DNA from: a virus
Lineage: Duplodnaviria; Heunggongvirae; Uroviricota; Caudoviricetes
Reading direction: 5' to 3' (one strand)
IMG/VR virus record: IMGVR_UViG_3300035515_000158
DNA: 63,143 nucleotides
The notes under the pieces were generated by a model. The model saw only the letters and a program-made list of their open reading frames with translations. It had not been told where the DNA came from and did no database searches. The translations under genes were made by a program, and so were the position numbers. This document shows positions 50,160 through 58,506 of the stretch, piece after piece (positions within the stretch are counted from its first letter, which is position 1; every line of letters starts with the position of its first letter).

Positions 50160-52540
50160 ATGTATCTGGGGGTTATTTACTGGGCTGAGGAATCTGGTAT
50201 CTGGAAGTCTGGGGTGTATATCTGGGGGTTAATATATCCGGTATGGTAGATATGGGGGTGGATGAGTAGTAGTTTCGTCATTCGTATCGTGAGGGAAAGG
50301 GAGAGGAATGGTAAAGAGGGTTAAGTTGAGGAAGGGGGATGGACAGTTATATGGGTTGAGTTCTGGTCAGCTGAGTCTGGGGACTGGGTTAAGATGACAA
50401 AATGAAAGTAAAAGAGGGGATTTACTTACATGCTTATAAAAAATCCCCAGAGTTTTTCTTCAGGAGGTGACAAAATGAAAGTAAAAATAGGGATATAGTA
50501 ACAAAATGTCAAATGGGATAGTAGTTTCGTTTATCGTATCGTGATGAGATATGGGTTCTTGGTTAGCTGAGTTCTTGGACAGTGGTATGAAATTTGATGA
50601 AGGGGATGTGATGAGTTTGGTGATATTGGACTGAGCTGCGGGAATGAGATAAATCAGGAACAGGGGGACTTGGGTGGAGAACAGGGAGTAGAAAAGATAA
50701 TCTGAGTCGGGGAAGGGGAATGGACAGAAGTGGGTTTAGTAGTTTCGTCTATCGTAGTTCGTGTTAATCAGTGGGATGAGATTTGATGAGGTTCGAGTCA
50801 GTGAAGGAGGAATGGACAGTCGGTTCTGGGGACTTGGGTTGAGTTCTGGTCAGCTGAGTCTGGGACAACGGGATGAGATTTGAGAGAGATGAGACTCCGG
50901 AGATGGAATGAGTAGAGAAGTCTTGGGTTGGTGGTGTAAACTTGGGGACATTGGACTGTGCTGTGGAAATGAAATGATGACCGGGGTGGAATTAGGGAAT
51001 GGGGAATCCTGTTGTGGTGTGCTGGACAATATTAGGAACAGGGGACTGAGGTGGGGAACAGGGAGTAGAAAAGATGATATGAGTCGGGGAATGGGAATAG
51101 AAAGAAGAAAGAAGTCTTGGTTCTTGGGTTTCGTTATTCGTATCGTGGTGGAAATAGAATGGACAGTGAGATGAGATTTGATGAAGGGTGGTTTCTTGGA
51201 CAGCTGAGTCGGAGAAGGGGAATGGTGTGGAATCTGGAAAACTGGAATCCTGTTGTGGTGTGTTGGACAATATCAGGAACAGGGAAGTTGGATTGGAGGT
51301 AATGTGAGCTGAGTCGGAGAAGGAGGAATGGACAGTCGAGATGAGTAGATTAGATTTGGGTTTCGTCTATCGTTATTCGTGTTAGTCAGTGGGATGAGAT
51401 TTGATGAGGTTCGAGTCAGTGAAGGGGAATGGTCAGTTGGTTTTGGATACTTGGGTGGAGTCTGGACATCGGGATGAGGAATGAAGATGGGTTCTGGATA
51501 CCGTTAGATTTAGTGAGCTTGGTTCTGGGGTTGAGGTATATTTGGTCAGCTGAGTCTGGTTAGTAGAGATGAGTAGATGTCTTGGTTTAGTAGTTTCGTT
51601 ATTCGTATCGTGATGAGATGAGGGTAGTCAGTGATATGAGATTTGATGGAGGTGGGTTCTGGTTCTGGATACTTGGTCAGGTTGAGTCTGGGAATGGTGA
51701 CTGGTGTGGAAGATGAAGTCCTGAGATGGAATCCTGTTATGGTGTGTTGGACAATATTAGGAACAGGGGACTAAGATGAGAACAGGGAGTAGAAAAGATA
51801 ATCTGAGTCGGAGAAGGGGAATGGACAACGAGATGAGATTTGGGTTTCGTTATTCGTGTCGTGTTGGTCAGTGGTATGAGATTTGATGAAGGGTGGAGTT
51901 CTTGGTCAGTTGAGTCTGGTTTGGATTAGAGATGGAATGAGTAGAGAAGTCTTGGGTTAAGTTATCGTTTCTCGTAGTTCGTGTGGAGATTGACTGAGAT
52001 GAGGAATGAAGATGGGTTCTGGATACTTGGGTTGAGTTCTGGTCCGCTGAGTCTGGTTGGGAATAGATGTCTTGGATTGGTGTGTAAACTTGGGGACTTG
52101 GACTGGGTTGAGGAAGATGGGTTCTGGATAACTTGGAGGAATGAAGTTTGGGTGGAATCTGGAAAACTGGAATCCTGTGGAGATGTGCTGGACAATATCA
52201 GGAACAGGGAAGTGGGATTGGGAACAGGGAAGTAAAGTGGGCTGAGTCCGGTTAGTAGTAATGAGTAGACGACTTGGGTTTAGGTTTCGTCATTCGTATC
52301 GTGATGAGATGAGGGTTAAGTTGGAGAAGGGGAATGGACATTTGGTTCTGGATACTTGGGTGGAGTCTGGGAACAACGGGATGAGATTTGATGAAGGGGT
52401 GGAATGATCCTGGAACTGTTGAGGTATCCGGGATGAGGAATGAAGATGGGTTCTGGTTCTGGGAGCTTGGGTTATCTGGGGTCATCCTGTTTCTGGTGAG
52501 CTGAGTCTGGGGACTGAGATGGAAAACAGGGAGGGTTGAA
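50160..52540 (+). repeat. G-rich, C-poor non-coding array of shuffled 15-40 bp modules
   Basis: Recurrent GTTTCGTnnTTCGTATCGTG, CAGCTGAGTCTGG, GATGAGATTTGATGA, GGAGAAGGGGAATGGACAG, GAATCCTGTT..GGACAATATYAGGAACAGGG. Confidence 0.9.
50395..50511 (+). repeat. 117-bp direct repeat, copy 1
   Basis: 14 mismatches, no gaps, against 52542-52658. Confidence 0.95.
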
Positions 52541-52541
52541 A

Positions 52542-52658
52542 TGACAAAATGAAAGTAAAATGAGGGTTTTACTTACACACATAAGAAAAATCCCCTGAGT
52601 TTTTCTTCAGGAGGTGTCAAAATGAAAGTAAAAATCAGGAAATAGTAACAAAATGTCA
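52542..52658 (+). repeat. 117-bp direct repeat, copy 2
   Basis: TGACA...TGTCA ends; internal TG(A/T)CAAAATGAAAGTAAAA x2. Confidence 0.95.
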
Positions 52659-52663
52659 GAATA

Positions 52664-52703
52664 CAAAAAAAAACAATCCCTCAGAAGAAATCCAAGGGAT
52701 TGT
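52664..52703 (-). terminator. Intrinsic terminator ending the early-region transcript before the array
   Basis: ACAATCCCT/AGGGATTGT stem followed on the minus strand by a T run. Confidence 0.75.
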
Positions 52704-52865
52704 GTGACATATTCAGAAAGTTAGGTTAGCACATTTTACAATAATAGCATACTGTGTAATGATTAGTTTAAGGTCTGATTATGTCAGCATATGTAATGAT
52801 GGTCAAAATAAGGATGGTCATAAACTTGGCGAAAAGTCGTGCGAAGAAAAGACCACAGATGGAAA

Positions 52866-53321
52866 CTAAAGGTTGATGGTCAGGTTTTCGATGTTGATAT
52901 TAATCGTGATGCCTGAATTAGTTTCCGTTTCATTACATGCGTCTGTTTCCGGGGTTAGATTTACTGTATCGTCGGTAGAAGCAGAAGTAGTAATAGGGGA
53001 TGGTTTGAACAGTATGCAGTCATCGAGAGATACTAAACCATTTTCATATAGAGTCTGTTCGAGTTTTTTGAATTTATCCTTGGCGTAGAAGTTAACCAAG
53101 AACGGGTCGAACAGTCTGAATTGATTATAATTGAGGGTGTCATTATATGTGAACCCAAACTTATCGAGGAAGACACATTCATAAAGGAATAGGTATCCTC
53201 CTTTATATCTTTTAGTGACAACATTCATGATTTTTCCATGTTCGCCTTTCGTATTCGTAATGATGAGGTCGAATTGTTTAGGTGTGTTTGAGAAATCAGA
53301 TGTCGTAGAAGCTGTTTCCAT
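52866..53321 (-). CDS. Hypothetical protein
   Basis: 151-aa ORF. Confidence 0.55.
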   Translation of the reverse strand: METASTTSDFSNTPKQFDLIITNTKGEHGKIMNVVTKRYKGGYLFLYECVFLDKFGFTYNDTLNYNQFRLFDPFLVNFYAKDKFKKLEQTLYENGLVSLDDCILFKPSPITTSASTDDTVNLTPETDACNETETNSGITININIENLTINL

Positions 53322-53583
53322 TTAGTTTATATTTTATTTCAGATGTACAACAAGGACAACGATATGTGAAAAATTGATAAAGAGGTTGGTTAGGTACCTT
53401 GGCTGATGTTAGACAAGGAGAAGAAGTACCTTTAAATCTATTCCTTGGGCCGGACAGACATTCATCATAACAGTCATGTAATTCCATATCGCTACCACAG
53501 ATTGGACATGATTTGATATCGTATGGATAGAACTTGTGACCATTTACCTCTACGAGTGATGGAGAGATATCAATGTTTTCCAT
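53296..53583 (-). CDS. Small Zn-ribbon protein
   Basis: CPICG...CPCC. Confidence 0.6.
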   Translation of the reverse strand: MENIDISPSLVEVNGHKFYPYDIKSCPICGSDMELHDCYDECLSGPRNRFKGTSSPCLTSAKVPNQPLYQFFTYRCPCCTSEIKYKLNGNSFYDI

Positions 53584-53594
53584 ATCACTGAAAG

Positions 53595-53957
53595 TTAACT
53601 GTTGGACAGAGGGATGTTATTGTCGAGAAGATAACGGATGCAGTTAAAGACAACATCAACGAAATCCAGACCGTTACATTTTTGGAAGTCGGCGTCAGTG
53701 GTTTTTGGATCACTGTAATCCACATAACCTTCATAAATTTGTTCCCAATTCGGTCCGGAAGAAATACTGATTCCGTTGTGTAATTCCATCAGGGCGGAAA
53801 GAGACCAAGCGGGAATATCATCAGGTCCCATTGAGTAATCCTGTTTAGCCAAGAGATATTTACCTGTTACTGAGTAGAACATATCAGCAGTTTCAACAGG
53901 GACATCTTTAGATAGGAGAAACTCAGATTGTTGAATTGAGGTAGCTATTTTATTCAT
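53595..53957 (-). CDS. Hypothetical protein, paralog of 58507-58980
   Basis: TSIQQS..LL....ETAD...PAWSLSALM. Confidence 0.65.
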   Translation of the reverse strand: MNKIATSIQQSEFLLSKDVPVETADMFYSVTGKYLLAKQDYSMGPDDIPAWSLSALMELHNGISISSGPNWEQIYEGYVDYSDPKTTDADFQKCNGLDFVDVVFNCIRYLLDNNIPLSNS

Positions 53958-53959
53958 GA

Positions 53960-54304
53960 TTATTTCTTTTTTGAGCGATTATTTTTCGTAACGACTTCTT
54001 GTTCAAAATAGGGGTCATACCAGTTAAGGATACCGCCATCTTCATTGATTAGATAAACCCAGTAACCTTCTTCGAGTGGATTACCTTTGTTGTCTCTGGA
54101 TTCGCCACTGATCCACCGAGCTTCAATTATTTCTACTGTTTTACCAGCGAAGTCGGAGTAAGGAGGATACCATAGTTCATCTTCTTCATCAGGGTCACAG
54201 ATAATCAGAGGTTCATCATATCCGGGGCAAACTTTAGAGAGAGATGATAGGTCTTTGACTTTTACTTTGTCACCTACCTTGAAGTGGTTATTTGTTCTGT
54301 CCAT
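53960..54304 (-). CDS. Hypothetical protein with KOW/SH3-like domain shared with the paralog family
   Basis: FKVGDKVKVK...FAGKTVEI...YLINEDGG. Confidence 0.6.
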   Translation of the reverse strand: MDRTNNHFKVGDKVKVKDLSSLSKVCPGYDEPLIICDPDEEDELWYPPYSDFAGKTVEIIEARWISGESRDNKGNPLEEGYWVYLINEDGGILNWYDPYFEQEVVTKNNRSKKK

Positions 54305-54339
54305 TGTTTATTTTTTTAGACGATTTTCGTGACGATTAT

Positions 54340-54495
54340 TTACGGAAGAGTTCCACTTTGGTTGTTCCATTTTCGAGGGGGAGTCTCAACAACCTCAAAG
54401 TCGGTATATACATTGTCATTGATTTTGACATTACCGTTGATGATATGTTGATTATAAGCGGCCATCATTGAAAGACCTAAGAACATGCGTTTCAT
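54340..54495 (-). CDS. Small early peptide (51 aa, MKRMFLGLSMM...)
   Basis: Read by hand; sits directly under the duplicated promoter/5'UTR module. Confidence 0.5.
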   Translation of the reverse strand: MKRMFLGLSMMAAYNQHIINGNVKINDNVYTDFEVVETPPRKWNNQSGTLP

Positions 54496-54541
54496 TGTTT
54501 TTTGTTTTTTAGAGAGTTAAACTTGTTTTCTTTTTACATTA

Positions 54542-54573
54542 CAAAGATACTTGATTTTTTTGACTTGACCAAA
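54542..54573 (-). promoter_or_regulatory. Bacteroidota sigma-A promoter
   Basis: TTTG-N20-TATCTTTG. Confidence 0.8.
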
Positions 54574-54625
54574 TTTTAAGTGCTAAAAATTTGTTAAATC
54601 TTTTTTCAATCATCTTTTCAATGTT

Positions 54626-54928
54626 CTACTTTTTATCAGCTATGTCTTCAAGCAACATAGAGGGGAGTATCATGTCCTCATTAATTTCAATCACATTATC
54701 ATCTTTTTTATCAGCTATGTCTTCAAGCAACATAGAGGGGAGTATCATGTCCTCATTAATTTCAATCACATTATCATCTTTTTTATCAGCTATGTCTTCA
54801 AGCAACATAGAGGGGAGTATATTGTCATAATTGGGTTCAATATTTTCGATTTCACGTGCAAGGTCGCGAAGTATCTTGTCATAACCAATATTGTTATTTA
54901 CTTTGTTGCGTTTAGTTGTTTTTTTCAT
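54626..54928 (-). CDS. Early protein with 25-aa tandem repeat
   Basis: ILPSMLLEDIADKKDDNVIEINEDM x2.5; same promoter/UTR module upstream. Confidence 0.6.
   Translation of the reverse strand: MKKTTKRNKVNNNIGYDKILRDLAREIENIEPNYDNILPSMLLEDIADKKDDNVIEINEDMILPSMLLEDIADKKDDNVIEINEDMILPSMLLEDIADKK
54629..54820. repeat. 75-bp perfect tandem repeat, about 2.5 copies
   Basis: ttttatcagctatgtc at 54631, 54706, 54781. Confidence 0.95.
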
Positions 54929-54973
54929 TGTTTTTGTTTTTTAGAGAGTTAAACTTGTTTTCTTTTTACATTA

Positions 54974-55005
54974 CAAAGATACAAGTTTTTCTCAACATCT
55001 CCAAA
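54974..55005 (-). promoter_or_regulatory. Bacteroidota sigma-A promoter
   Basis: TTTG-N20-TATCTTTG. Confidence 0.8.
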
Positions 55006-55062
55006 TAAAAACCGCTAAATAATGCTAACAATATCTGATTACTGAATTACGATTTATTTTCG

Positions 55063-55812
55063 TCAATATTTCAAATGTCGTTCTGTGGTATCTTCATGAC
55101 CAATCGCTGGATGTTTCATGAAGTAGAATAGTGATTGACAGGCCGACTCATATACTCTGAAATAGTTACCGATTTTATACTGGTTCTCATCAAAGTCATC
55201 ACCATAGTCATTCTTAGCGACCACATTGCCTATTTCATTTACATAGAAATAAACACCATAACGTTGAGCCCTCCAAGGAATAGGATTAAAGTCATTCCAA
55301 TCTCTTTTATGTTTAGAGGGGAATAACATGATTTCACCATCCTCATCAAACGTGCCATCTTTATGAAGTATCAGGTCGTTATTGATATAGTATTTGTTTT
55401 TCTGGATTGTTTCTTCTCCGGGTAGTTTTGGTTTTCTCAGGAATATGAAATCACCATACATACTATCCACAATTACATCACCAATCATCGGACAGTAGAA
55501 GACTTGATTTTCTTCACATTTACCAAGGATTTGAATTAGGTCGAGGATAGGGGTTTCAGTTCCATCTAAATTAACGAGAGCTGAGAAACAACCGGAAGTC
55601 CAGACGTTGTTATCTTCCTCAATGGTAAAATAAGTTGAGTCTATTTTATCTTTAATGGTCACGATTTGGTCACAGAAATTACTCATGTCTTCTTTGAAAT
55701 AGAAGGGGAGTTCAATCTTACCTATCGAGATTTGTTTGGTGTTTGTATCTCTGTTCTCTAAATACCACTGTTGAGATTTGACCCTTACTTTATCACCTAC
55801 ATTTAATTTCAT
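55063..55812 (-). CDS. Paralog family member (KOW-like + GExxLFPS + YFYV..G..NYF domains)
   Basis: MKLNVGDKVRVKSQQWY...GEIMLFPSKHKRDW...YFYVNEIG...NYF. Confidence 0.7.
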   Translation of the reverse strand: MKLNVGDKVRVKSQQWYLENRDTNTKQISIGKIELPFYFKEDMSNFCDQIVTIKDKIDSTYFTIEEDNNVWTSGCFSALVNLDGTETPILDLIQILGKCEENQVFYCPMIGDVIVDSMYGDFIFLRKPKLPGEETIQKNKYYINNDLILHKDGTFDEDGEIMLFPSKHKRDWNDFNPIPWRAQRYGVYFYVNEIGNVVAKNDYGDDFDENQYKIGNYFRVYESACQSLFYFMKHPAIGHEDTTERHLKY

Positions 55813-55863
55813 ACGATTATTTGATTGTTAAAAAATTTGGAGAATTGAATTTTATTTACTCTA

Positions 55864-55895
55864 CAAATGTACAAGAAAAAATTCAATTCTCCAAA
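55864..55895 (-). promoter_or_regulatory. Bacteroidota sigma-A promoter inside a 20-bp inverted repeat
   Basis: TTTG-N20-TACATTTG. Confidence 0.75.
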
Positions 55896-55939
55896 TTAGA
55901 CATGCAAAATATGTTTAAAAATTCATTCAGTAAGTTCTA

Positions 55940-57058
55940 TTAATTTCGTGCGAATGAAATCGTTTTTCCCATGAGGTGGTCTTTAGGTGATTGATAAAAT
56001 TCTCCATGTTCGACATCAACAATACATACATCAGTTTTCATGTCTACATAGTTCACCTTAGAGTAGTCATATTTGTCACCATAGATTTCCTTGGCTATGT
56101 TAATGAAATACTCTTGACTTATTTTACGATCTCGCTCAGCTTGGATGGGGTTTTCATTTGACTGTTTCTCGTCGAAGTCTTTCTCAGCGTTATTGATGAA
56201 CCTTTTGATTGCTCGGTTTGATACTGATTGTCCAGTGTAACCATTCAAGTGGTGTCGCGGGGTTGACCAGAACGCACCATTCTCCGGACAGATGATACAT
56301 ACCTTGGTGTTTGAATTTACATAGTTCACCTTAGAGTAGTCGAATTTGTCACCATGAATTTCTTTGGCTCGGCGAATAAACTCATCCTGTGTCAGTTTGT
56401 GTTTCTCGGTTTGGCACACAGCACAACCTTTTCCAGTGAGGTGGTCTTTAGGTGTCTGATAAAATTCACCATGTTTCGGGCAGATGATACATACCTTCGA
56501 CATTGCGTTTACGTACTCGGTTTTAGAATAGTCATACTTTTTACCATGCAGTCGTCGGGCCTTTTCAATGAACTTATCGGTTGTCATTTGGTGTTTATTA
56601 TACCAACAGTCTGGACAGCCAAGTCCTTTCAAGTGATTTATCGGGCTCATCCAGAACTCACCATGTTCAGGACAGATGATACATACCTTAGTTCTTGAAT
56701 TTACATACTCTACCAAGGAATAGTCATACTTGTCACCATGTACTTGTCGAGCTTGGTCAATGAACTTAGCGGTTGTCATCTTGTCAGCGAAACGAGGTCG
56801 GGATTTGTCCATTTCCAACTCGGTCTTGCGAATAAACTCAGCGTGTTCCTTTTGGTTGTCGAGGTTGATATGATTTTCTCGACATGCTGGACAACCAAGT
56901 CCTTCCAAGTGGTTCTGAGGTGTCATCCAAAATTCACCATGTTTCGGACAGATGATACATACTTTAGTTTTAGTGTTTACAAAATTGACTTTAGAATAGT
57001 CATACTTGTCACCATGTACTGCTTGTGCAGATTCAATGAAATTTGTCATTGTACTCAT
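55940..57058 (-). CDS. Five-repeat DUF723-like zinc-binding protein without a nuclease domain
   Basis: F...A..VHGDKYDYS...Y.N..TKVCIICP.HGEF...P..HL.G.GC..C x5, last two missing some Cys ligands. Confidence 0.75.
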   Translation of the reverse strand: MSTMTNFIESAQAVHGDKYDYSKVNFVNTKTKVCIICPKHGEFWMTPQNHLEGLGCPACRENHINLDNQKEHAEFIRKTELEMDKSRPRFADKMTTAKFIDQARQVHGDKYDYSLVEYVNSRTKVCIICPEHGEFWMSPINHLKGLGCPDCWYNKHQMTTDKFIEKARRLHGKKYDYSKTEYVNAMSKVCIICPKHGEFYQTPKDHLTGKGCAVCQTEKHKLTQDEFIRRAKEIHGDKFDYSKVNYVNSNTKVCIICPENGAFWSTPRHHLNGYTGQSVSNRAIKRFINNAEKDFDEKQSNENPIQAERDRKISQEYFINIAKEIYGDKYDYSKVNYVDMKTDVCIVDVEHGEFYQSPKDHLMGKTISFARN

Positions 57059-57172
57059 ATACAATATTTTTAAAAAATTAAAATTAAAAAATTAAATTAA
57101 AAAATTAAATTAAAAAATGTTTGTTTGTAAGATGTTGTTTAATTTATCTTACATTATAATAATAACAAAAAA

Positions 57173-57502
57173 TTAGAGAGATGTCAACTTTTTGATAATA
57201 TTTTTTCTTATTTTTTTGTTTTCCTCATTTCGTCTTTCGTCACGTAGGTCTTCAATATACTCTAATATATATAACCTCCGACCTTCATTCAAAAATACAG
57301 CCGCTCCTATTTCAAAGAAGTCGAATCGGTCGAAACAGTCCCTTGTCCATTTCATTTCTTTGGAAAGGTAATATTTCTTATTCTTATATCTTATCCGGAC
57401 ACAAAACTGAGGTTGAGGGTCATAGATGTTACCGGAGATAGGAACTAACTTTACATTTTTCTTAGCTTCCTTTCTCAGTCGTTTCAGTATGGTTGTTTTC
57501 AT
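57173..57502 (-). CDS. Hypothetical protein (MKTTILKRLRK leader)
   Basis: Start reset to MKTTIL. Confidence 0.6.
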   Translation of the reverse strand: MKTTILKRLRKEAKKNVKLVPISGNIYDPQPQFCVRIRYKNKKYYLSKEMKWTRDCFDRFDFFEIGAAVFLNEGRRLYILEYIEDLRDERRNEENKKIRKNIIKKLTSL

Positions 57503-57965
57503 TTTCGTACTTTCGTTTGTCGTTAATTTTATCCAAGATATTATAGTAGTTGAGGAATAACAACCAACTGCATACATTAGGGAAGTCATGTGGTTCGGTT
57601 ATCTCAGAAACAATGTCCAGGATCACAGTAATAATCCAAAACTTTTCATTCCCCATGTATTTCCGCATGCGTTTCCTGATGAATGTGAAGTCCCCATAAC
57701 CTTTGTCCTGTTTTTCCCTGATAACCTGTTCCATCCATCGTTCCACCCCTTCATCAGATTTCAGTATCATCCGGTCAATCACACAAGTGACCAACCATTC
57801 ATTGGCATCTACTACCTCATCATCTTCAAATCCACGAAGGAAGAAGTCAGCACAACGACAACTGGAAATCTTATTATAGTTGTCATTAAGTTCACCAAAT
57901 ATTTCGATGGCTGAGTCTGGGACAGAATTTATCAGACGGTCGATGGTTTCTTTACTGGGAATCAT
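57462..57965 (-). CDS. Hypothetical protein
   Basis: Start reset to MIPSKE (ATGA overlap). Confidence 0.6.
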   Translation of the reverse strand: MIPSKETIDRLINSVPDSAIEIFGELNDNYNKISSCRCADFFLRGFEDDEVVDANEWLVTCVIDRMILKSDEGVERWMEQVIREKQDKGYGDFTFIRKRMRKYMGNEKFWIITVILDIVSEITEPHDFPNVCSWLLFLNYYNILDKINDKRKYENENNHTETTEKGS

Positions 57966-58225
57966 TGGAAACTGATTACATAATATTGGACATCTGGTTG
58001 AGCTCCCCATTCTGGATTTCCGGTTCTGATGGAGATGTCAGTGATCTGAAAAGTCAAGGTTTCTGATGTGTAACCTTTATGGAAACAAACAGTATCGTAA
58101 TTCGTATCGTCTAACCGTTTTGTCCAATAGGGTTTCACATCTCGGTATTCCTCCCTTTTCACTCCTGACTCAATCATCTCATACCATTTGGATTTCAGGA
58201 TAAGGTGTAGAGTTTTACCATTCAT
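57962..58225 (-). CDS. ASCH-domain protein
   Basis: LHLILKSKWYEMIESGVKREEYR...YW..RL...F.KGY...GNPEWGA. Confidence 0.8.
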   Translation of the reverse strand: MNGKTLHLILKSKWYEMIESGVKREEYRDVKPYWTKRLDDTNYDTVCFHKGYTSETLTFQITDISIRTGNPEWGAQPDVQYYVISFQ

Positions 58226-58469
58226 TATCAATTCCATCTTCAACTGGGACTTCTGGTTGCCAAGTAGACATGATTTTGAGTTCACCTTTCTGCTCCTTTT
58301 CTTTCAACTCATTCATAGCATCCTCATAAGTGTCAAACTCACAAGGACAGATATGTTGCTTAGTAATGTTGAGGAATGAATACTTACCTCCTACCTTATG
58401 TTTGAAGATAGAGATGGTGTAGTATTTTTTCTTGTCGTAACGGTAAATTGTAATAAAATCAGGCATCAT
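58215..58469 (-). CDS. Hypothetical protein
   Basis: FLNITKQHICPCEF..YEDA. Confidence 0.6.
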   Translation of the reverse strand: MMPDFITIYRYDKKKYYTISIFKHKVGGKYSFLNITKQHICPCEFDTYEDAMNELKEKEQKGELKIMSTWQPEVPVEDGIDNEW

Positions 58470-58506
58470 AATTTAACTAATTTTTATATTGTTTAACTAT
58501 CTATGT

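Noticed and set aside
50273-52303. CRISPR array built on the ~20-bp TCGT repeats
   Set aside because: Intervals are about 117-386 bp, irregular, and made of mutually similar modules; no cas genes in the window
49851-52485. ORFs called inside the origin-like region and array (49851, 50908, 50992, 51117, 51962, 51981, 52252)
   Set aside because: Low-complexity translations produced by the strand bias; overlapping on both strands; no promoter motifs
50395-52658. DGR template/variable repeat pair
   Set aside because: The 14 mismatches are not confined to adenines of one copy, neither copy is in a gene, and no reverse transcriptase is present
54541-54628. Read-through of the TAG at 54626
   Set aside because: The extension would run through the next promoter and has no supporting feature
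55940-57058. Active homing endonuclease
   Set aside because: Only DNA-binding-type repeats are visible; no nuclease motif
57068-57120. A/T microrepeat (AAATTAAAAAATT)n as a regulatory element
   Set aside because: Simple low-complexity 5' UTR sequence with no further support
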